Below are positions 61,201 through 64,000 of a stretch of 64,000 bases of DNA, piece by piece; the first letter of the stretch is position 1; each line of letters begins with the position of its first letter. Source of the DNA: Hydrolagus colliei (lineage: Eukaryota); the NCBI GenBank assembly GCA_035084275.1, contig CM068769.1, positions 1,116,001 through 1,180,000 on the forward strand. Reading direction: 5' to 3'. The translations under genes and the position numbers were made by a program. The notes below the pieces were generated by a model that saw nothing but the letters and a program-made list of their open reading frames with translations, had not been told where the DNA came from and searched no databases.

Positions 61201-62230
61201 TTTGCGTGTGAGGGTGGTTTTGTGTATTAGGGGTTGCGTGTCTGAGGGGGAGTTGAGTGTGTGAGTTTTGATGTATGTGTCAGGGTGTGTTGAGTGTGTG
61301 AGGTGATGTAGTTTGTGAGGGGGATTGTGTGTCTGAGGGGCTGTTCTATGTGGTGGGGACGGTTGTGTGTGTGGGGACGGTTGTGTACGTGAGGGACCGT
61401 GTATGTGGGGAGAAGTGTGTCTGGAGTCTACGCAGGGTGTACATGTGTGGGGATGGAATGTGTGTGGGGGTGTTGTGTGGGATGGGTATGCGTTGGTGTG
61501 TGTGTGACCGCGTGCGGTTATGTGACGGACTGGTATGTGTGTGTGTAGGTTTGTGTGGGTGGACTACAATGTTCCTGCATGTGTGTATTTGTGGGATGGG
61601 TTTGTAGGGGGTAGAAGTGTGTGTGTGAGCATTTCCAATTCAGTTTCTGCGCCTATGGTTTCTGATGATTTCAGACAGCGGCCCGTGTGCGAGAGAAAAA
61701 GAGAAACAGACACAGAGGCCTGTGAAGGTATATGTGTGTCACCCTCTCTTTATGTGCATGTCTCTCCCTTTCTCTCTATTTATGTGTTTCTCTCCCCCTC
61801 TCTACTTGTATGTGAGACCTCTGTGTTTATATGTGGTGTCTTCCACTCTGTGTGTACGTGTGTGTTGATGTTTGTCTCCCCCTCTGTATGTGCGTTTCCC
61901 TCTCCCACTATTACTGTATATGTGTGTATTGCTCCCCGCCTCTATCTTACGTGTGCGACTCTCCTACTCTCTCTCTCTGTATGTGTGTGTCTCCCACTCT
62001 CTCTCTGTATGTTTGTCTCTACCCTTTCTCTCTCTGCATGTTTGTGTGTTTGCTCCCCTCTCGCGGTATGTGTGTATCTCCGCCTCTGTGTGTAATTCAG
62101 GCTTTGGTGAGATCTCTCTCTCTCTCTTGCTTTACATCTCGGGATATAGAAATATGCATCTCTTCCACACACCTACATATATATATGTGTATATCTCCCT
62201 CCCTAACACATTCACTCACACTCCCTCCTG
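55270..62230. repeat. Extended TG/GT-rich low-complexity region interspersed with SINE and L2 fragments
   Basis: Blocks of degenerate GTGTG/GGGGAGCT/GGGCTGT repeats; the many T/H/P-rich and C/V/G-rich ORFs are compositional artefacts. Confidence 0.85.
55600..55920 (+). mobile_element. L2 LINE 3' end with tail
   Basis: IGGRAFSLSVPTPWNSIPQSL..LKTFLFE-like, followed by CAGCGCTTTGG..CGTGAAAGGCGCTCTATAAATG. Confidence 0.8.
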
Positions 62231-62299
62231 AAGTCTGAAGCACTGTAGAGAACTCTCTCTCTCTCACCTTCTCTCCGTGTCTCTGTCGCTGCCATGTAA

Positions 62300-62470
62300 G
62301 ATCTCAATCACGTGACAGACTGATGCATGTTTATGACGTAGTTTCTCACCACCTGCCACGTGACGCCGGCAGCTCCCTGCCACTCACTCATTTCACGCCA
62401 TCACGCAAAAATTCTCCTGTCTCCCGCCTTCCCGTCACGTCAGCACGTCTCCTCGATCCCCTGCTGAGAG
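62300..62470. promoter_or_regulatory. CpG-rich cluster of CACGTG / TGACGT motifs (possible housekeeping promoter)
   Basis: TCACGTGAC, TGACGT, CCACGTGACG, GTCACGTCAG and GCACGTC within about 170 bp; no downstream exon identified. Confidence 0.35.
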
Positions 62471-62559
62471 GGACAGCCCCATCTCCCTGGTAACCAGTGA
62501 TTGACAGTAGCGGTGTGGAGACACGTACACATATAACAACTTACATATTACATGTATAA

Positions 62560-62830
62560 TTTGTTCTTTAATATTGTTATTACGATTATTTATGTTTTAT
62601 TACATTCATCGTTATATTATTATACAAAGTTGTTATATGATACTTATAATATTATATTGTGATATATTATTATATTGCATATTATTATATATAATTATAT
62701 TATATTTTATTATATTATATATTATTATTTAATGATTATAATGATAATAATTATAATAGATTGTTATAGTATAATATTTAATAATATCTAACATATATTT
62801 TTATATTTCTATCATTATGTTAGCGTATAA
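62560..62830. repeat. AT-rich (TAT/ATT) low-complexity tract
   Basis: Direct inspection. Confidence 0.9.
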
Positions 62831-62869
62831 TTGTTACATTGTATTAATTTACAGGCAGGCAGGCAGAAA

Positions 62870-63110
62870 AAACAACAAACGTTGCTGGGGAAACTCAGCA
62901 GGTCAAACAGCATCCATGGCGAAAGGAATCCGAGTAAACGTTTCGGGTCTACAACCCTTCTTCAGGCAGGGTTCCTGTCTTGACGGAGAATTGTAGACCC
63001 GAAACGCTGACTCTTTTTCCTTTCTCCATGGATTCTGTTTGACTTGCTGAGCTTCCCCAGCTACTTTTATTTTTGTTTCAGATTCCCAGCATGTGTAGTA
63101 TGTTGTGTTT
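62870..63110. mobile_element. Head-to-head inverted pair of Penelope terminal-repeat fragments
   Basis: Arms about 62884-62970 and 62974-63062 are reverse complements of each other and match the 4077-4200 repeat. Confidence 0.7.
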
Positions 63111-63529
63111 TCAGACAGACAGACCTGTTACGTTTAGTCGATTAATTAGCTTTGTTTTTTATTTTATAAGTAAATCAATAATAAGTAGAATAACATTCGA
63201 AATTTATGTTTCAACTCAGAAGGCTGTAGCGTTGCAGAAAACACCAATAGTATGTAAAACAGTACTGAATGTAGCCAGTTTGGCACCTGTTTTAATCGAT
63301 ATGATAAATGTGAAGGACGCAGAACGGAAAGCATGTTCATTTAAAAACATCCATATAGCTACTCTTTGTCTACCCAAAAATAGCAAATCACGGGGTAAAC
63401 GAAGAGGCAGACAAAATAGGACTAGGCAGATTAGGAGTTGTTTTACAATGAGACATTTTAAGAAAAAAGGAATGGTTGAGAACAGCTGTGCTAGTCAAGA
63501 AAGCGAGGCAGATGGTGAAGATATAATCC

Positions 63530-63800
63530 TAAGAATCCTTGCATTTGATATAGCGCTTTTCACATTTATCGACGTCACAAAGCGTTTTGCAGACTATATA
63601 TGAAGCGAATTGACTGTATATTTTTGGGCGAATCGTAGCAGCCAAATGCGCACAGCAATGTCCCACGAACAGTCTTGGATTGAAATGACCAACTTTATTA
63701 TTGTGGGTATTTTTTGGACGGCATATTATTAGGCGTGTGGAGTATGGAAACTTGCCCAAGGTTTCGCACTGACTTGCCTGGATTCGAACACACTTCTCCC
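63530..63800 (-). mobile_element. tRNA-derived SINE (5'-truncated at about the B-box)
   Basis: GTTCGAATCC, shared core and GCGCTATATCAAATGCAAGGATT tail. Confidence 0.8.
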
Positions 63801-64000
63801 CAGCTATGTCTCTCCATCTTGTATCAAGATAGCAGGGAAAAAGTGGCACATTAATACAATTGGGGAATGTCTCAAGGTGGAAGCCGATATCTCCAGCCCA
63901 GCAATGTAGTCAAGAACTGCTGTATGGCGGAGCATGGATCCAGTAGTTCTGTTTTACAGGCAGGAATTGATGAATTACGCAAATATTCGCCTAGTAGTTT

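Noticed and set aside
55120-62240. Long ORFs (up to 226 aa) in the TG-rich region
   Set aside because: They are T/H/P-rich or C/V/G-rich translations of dinucleotide-type repeats, with no splice structure or domain motif.
63073-63603. 176-aa plus-strand ORF
   Set aside because: Starts in a Penelope repeat, ends in a SINE tail, and has no recognisable motif.
1-64000. CRISPR arrays, operons or RAG-like transposases
   Set aside because: Vertebrate intron-containing DNA; no repeat-spacer array and no RAG1/RAG2/Transib motif was recognised in any frame.

Overview
Eukaryotic, not microbial, DNA: part of a T-cell receptor alpha/delta V-segment array of a cartilaginous fish. The taxon is inferred from a NAR-type V domain and shark-type Penelope/CR1/L2/SINE repeats; the species cannot be fixed from sequence alone. 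All immune genes lie on the minus strand. I count 16 RSS-type V segments (V1-V16, numbered left to right); 14 have an identifiable leader exon and 15 retain at least a recognisable RSS, mostly with a 23-bp spacer. They fall into families A (V1, V4, V7, V9, V12), B (V2, V6, V8, V10, V13), C (V3, V11), plus four others; several are pseudogenes or have damaged RSSs. An A-C-B-A cassette is duplicated about 19.8 kb apart. The most notable element is a single intact exon (40191-40511) encoding an IgNAR-like V domain already fused to a J motif, with no RSS. It sits just upstream of two apparently leaderless V segments that carry an extra CDR1 cysteine. This looks like a NAR-TCR cassette whose distal domain is germline-joined (invariant) while the supporting V still rearranges. 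Other points: co-oriented tRNA-SINE heads behind nearly every RSS; co-oriented CTCF-like sites; a 1.4-kb insertion with a target-site duplication carrying UQCC2 exon 1; Penelope relics with hammerhead cores; an isolated 6-Cys SRCR exon upstream of the V array. No D, J (other than the fused one) or C exons were found. The right third is mostly retroelement relics and TG-rich low-complexity DNA.
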